From NCBI RefSeq assembly GCF_053902955.1, contig NZ_AP045072.1: a stretch of 24,000 nucleotides of DNA. One strand, 5' to 3'. This document shows positions 21,452-24,000 of the stretch, one piece after another. Position numbers and translations under genes: made by a program. Position 1 is the stretch's first letter. Every line of letters begins with the position of its first letter. Below the pieces are notes generated by a model. It worked only from the letters and a program-made list of their open reading frames with translations, was not told the origin of the DNA and made no database searches.

Positions 21452-22555
21452 ATGAGTGACAGCCAGACGCTGGTGGTAAAACTCGGCACCAGTGTGCTAA
21501 CAGGCGGATCGCGCCGCCTGAACCGTGCCCATATCGTTGAACTTGTTCGCCAGTGCGCGCAGTTACATGCCGCCGGGCATCGGATTGTTATTGTGACGTC
21601 GGGTGCGATTGCCGCCGGACGTGAGCACCTGGGGTACCCGGAATTGCCAGCGACTATCGCTTCAAAACAGCTGCTGGCGGCGGTAGGGCAGAGTCGACTG
21701 ATTCAACTGTGGGAACAGCTGTTTTCAATTTACGGCATTCATGTCGGGCAGATGTTGCTGACCCGTGCTGATATGGAAGATCGTGAACGCTTCCTGAACG
21801 CCCGCGATACCCTGCGTGCGTTGCTCGATAACAATATCGTTCCGGTAATTAATGAGAACGATGCTGTCGCTACGGCAGAGATTAAGGTCGGTGATAACGA
21901 TAACCTTTCTGCGCTGGCGGCGATTCTGGCGGGTGCCGATAAACTGTTGCTGCTGACCGATCAAAAAGGTTTGTATACCGCTGACCCGCGCAGCAATCCG
22001 CAGGCAGAACTGATTAAAGATGTGTACGGCATTGATGACGCACTGCGCGCGATTGCCGGTGATAGCGTTTCAGGCCTCGGAACTGGCGGTATGAGCACCA
22101 AATTGCAGGCCGCGGACGTGGCTTGCCGTGCGGGTATCGACACCATTATTGCCGCGGGCAGCAAGCCGGGCGTTATTGGTGATGTGATGGAAGGCATTTC
22201 CGTCGGTACGCTGTTCCATGCCCAGGCGACTCCGCTTGAAAACCGTAAACGCTGGATTTTCGGTGCGCCGCCGGCGGGTGAAATCACGGTAGATGAAGGG
22301 GCAACCGCCGCCATTCTTGAACGCGGCAGCTCCCTGTTGCCGAAAGGCATTAAGAGCGTAACTGGCAATTTCTCGCGTGGTGAAGTCATCCGCATTTGCA
22401 ACCTCGAAGGTCGCGATATCGCCCACGGCGTCAGTCGTTACAACAGCGATGCATTACGCCGCATTGCCGGACACCACTCGCAAGAAATTGATGCAATACT
22501 GGGATATGAATATGGCCCGGTTGCCGTTCACCGTGATGACATGATTACCCGTTAA
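21452..22555 (+). CDS. proB: Glutamate 5-kinase
   Basis: 367 aa from [34 protein letters not shown]...; ORF open from 21413. Confidence 0.97.
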
Positions 22556-22566
22556 GGAGCTGGCCG

Positions 22567-23820
22567 ATGCTGGAACAAATGGGCATTGCCGCAAAGCAAG
22601 CCTCGTATAAATTAGCGCAACTCTCCAGCCGCGAAAAAAATCGTGTGCTGGAAAAAATCGCCGATGAACTGGAAGCACAAAGCGAAATCATCCTCAACGC
22701 TAACGCCCAGGATGTTGCTGGCGCGCGTGCCAATGGCCTTAGCGAAGCGATGCTTGACCGTCTGGCACTGACGCCCGCACGGCTGAAAGGCATCGCCGAC
22801 GATGTGCGTCAGGTGTGTAATCTCGCCGATCCGGTGGGGCAGGTAATCGATGGCGGCGTACTGGACAGTGGTCTGCGTCTGGAGCGCCGTCGCGTGCCGC
22901 TGGGGGTGATTGGCGTGATTTATGAAGCGCGCCCGAACGTGACGGTAGATGTCGCTTCGCTGTGCCTGAAAACAGGTAACGCGGTGATCCTGCGCGGCGG
23001 CAAAGAAACGTGTCGCACTAACGCTGCAACGGTGGCGGTGATTCAGGACGCCCTGAAATCCTGCAGCTTACCGGCGGGTGCCGTGCAGGCGATTGATAAT
23101 CCTGACCGCGCGCTGGTCAGTGAAATGCTGCGTATGGATAAATACATCGACATGCTGATCCCGCGCGGTGGCGCTGGCCTGCATAAACTGTGCCGCGAAC
23201 AGTCGACGATCCCGGTGATCACAGGTGGTATAGGCGTATGCCATATTTACGTTGATGAAAGTGCAGAGATCGCTGAAGCCCTGAAAGTGATCGTCAACGC
23301 GAAAACTCAGCGACCGAGCACATGTAATACGGTTGAAACGTTGCTGGTGAATAAAAACATCGCCGATAGTTTCCTGCCCGCATTAAGCAAACAAATGGCG
23401 GAAAGTGGCGTGACGTTACACGCTGATGCAGGTGCACTGGCGCAGTTGCAGACAGGCCCCGCGAAGGTGGTTGCTGTTAAAACCGAAGAGTATGACGATG
23501 AGTTTCTGTCATTAGATTTGAACGTCAAAATCGTCAGCGATCTTGACGATGCCATCGCCCATATTCGTGAACACGGCACGCAACACTCCGATGCGATCCT
23601 GACCCGCGATATGCGCAACGCCCAGCGTTTTGTTAACGAAGTAGATTCCTCCGCTGTTTACGTTAACGCCTCTACGCGTTTTACCGACGGCGGCCAGTTT
23701 GGACTGGGTGCGGAAGTGGCGGTAAGCACACAAAAACTCCACTCGCGTGGCCCAATGGGGCTGGAAGCACTGACCACTTACAAGTGGATCGGCATTGGTG
23801 ATTACACCATTCGTGCGTAA
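22567..23820 (+). CDS. proA: Gamma-glutamyl phosphate reductase
   Basis: 417 aa [36 protein letters not shown]... Confidence 0.98.
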   Translation: MLEQMGIAAKQASYKLAQLSSREKNRVLEKIADELEAQSEIILNANAQDVAGARANGLSEAMLDRLALTPARLKGIADDVRQVCNLADPVGQVIDGGVLDSGLRLERRRVPLGVIGVIYEARPNVTVDVASLCLKTGNAVILRGGKETCRTNAATVAVIQDALKSCSLPAGAVQAIDNPDRALVSEMLRMDKYIDMLIPRGGAGLHKLCREQSTIPVITGGIGVCHIYVDESAEIAEALKVIVNAKTQRPSTCNTVETLLVNKNIADSFLPALSKQMAESGVTLHADAGALAQLQTGPAKVVAVKTEEYDDEFLSLDLNVKIVSDLDDAIAHIREHGTQHSDAILTRDMRNAQRFVNEVDSSAVYVNASTRFTDGGQFGLGAEVAVSTQKLHSRGPMGLEALTTYKWIGIGDYTIRA

Positions 23821-23934
23821 ATAAAACCGGGTGATGCAAAAGTAGCCATTTGATTCACAAGGCCATTGACGCATCGCCCGGTTAGTTTTAACCTTGTCCA
23901 CCGTGATTCACGTTCGTGAACATGTCCTTTCAGG

Positions 23935-24000
23935 GCCGATATAGCTCAGTTGGTAGAGCAGCGCATTCGTAATGCGAAGGTCGGAGGTTCGACTCCTCTT
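23935..24000 (+). tRNA. thrW: tRNA-Thr (anticodon CGU), 3' end beyond window
   Basis: gccgatatagctcagttggtagagcagcgcattcgtaatgcgaaggtcggaggttcgactcctctt: D-arm, anticodon stem with CGT, T-arm. Confidence 0.95.

Noticed and set aside
23512-23901. 129 aa minus-strand ORF over the proA 3' end
   Set aside because: Mostly antisense to proA; no supporting motif.

Overview
This is an Escherichia coli (or very close relative) chromosomal segment, roughly the 5-6 min region of the K-12 map. The gene order is: Rhs / H-repeat (ISAs1-family) debris, yafV(-), ivy(+), fadE(-), gmhA/lpcA(+), yafJ(+), yafK/dpaA(-), yafL(+), rayT/yafM(+) flanked by REP/BIME DNA, truncated lfhA/fhiA(-), truncated lafU/mbhA(+), dinB(+), yafP(+), MITE-like repeat, rtcB-like (ykfJ) and prfH remnants(+), pepD(-), gpt(+), frsA(+), crl(+), phoE(-), proB-proA(+), and the 5' part of thrW tRNA-Thr(CGU). 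Most of the window is ordinary core genome. The non-ordinary parts are four. (1) A broken Rhs cassette at 853-1530: a short toxin-tail-like coding stretch abuts a small lipoprotein ORF that looks like an orphan immunity gene, followed by a degenerate Rhs core sequence cut by an ISAs1-family element. (2) An rtcB2/prfH-type RNA repair and release-factor module reduced to fragments, with the part of prfH expected to carry GGQ missing. (3) The lfhA/lafU scar of the Flag-2 lateral flagellar locus. (4) Two places where K-12 carries toxin-antitoxin pairs (dinJ-yafQ and yafN-yafO) that are absent here. I see no CRISPR array and no intact novel multigene defence system.
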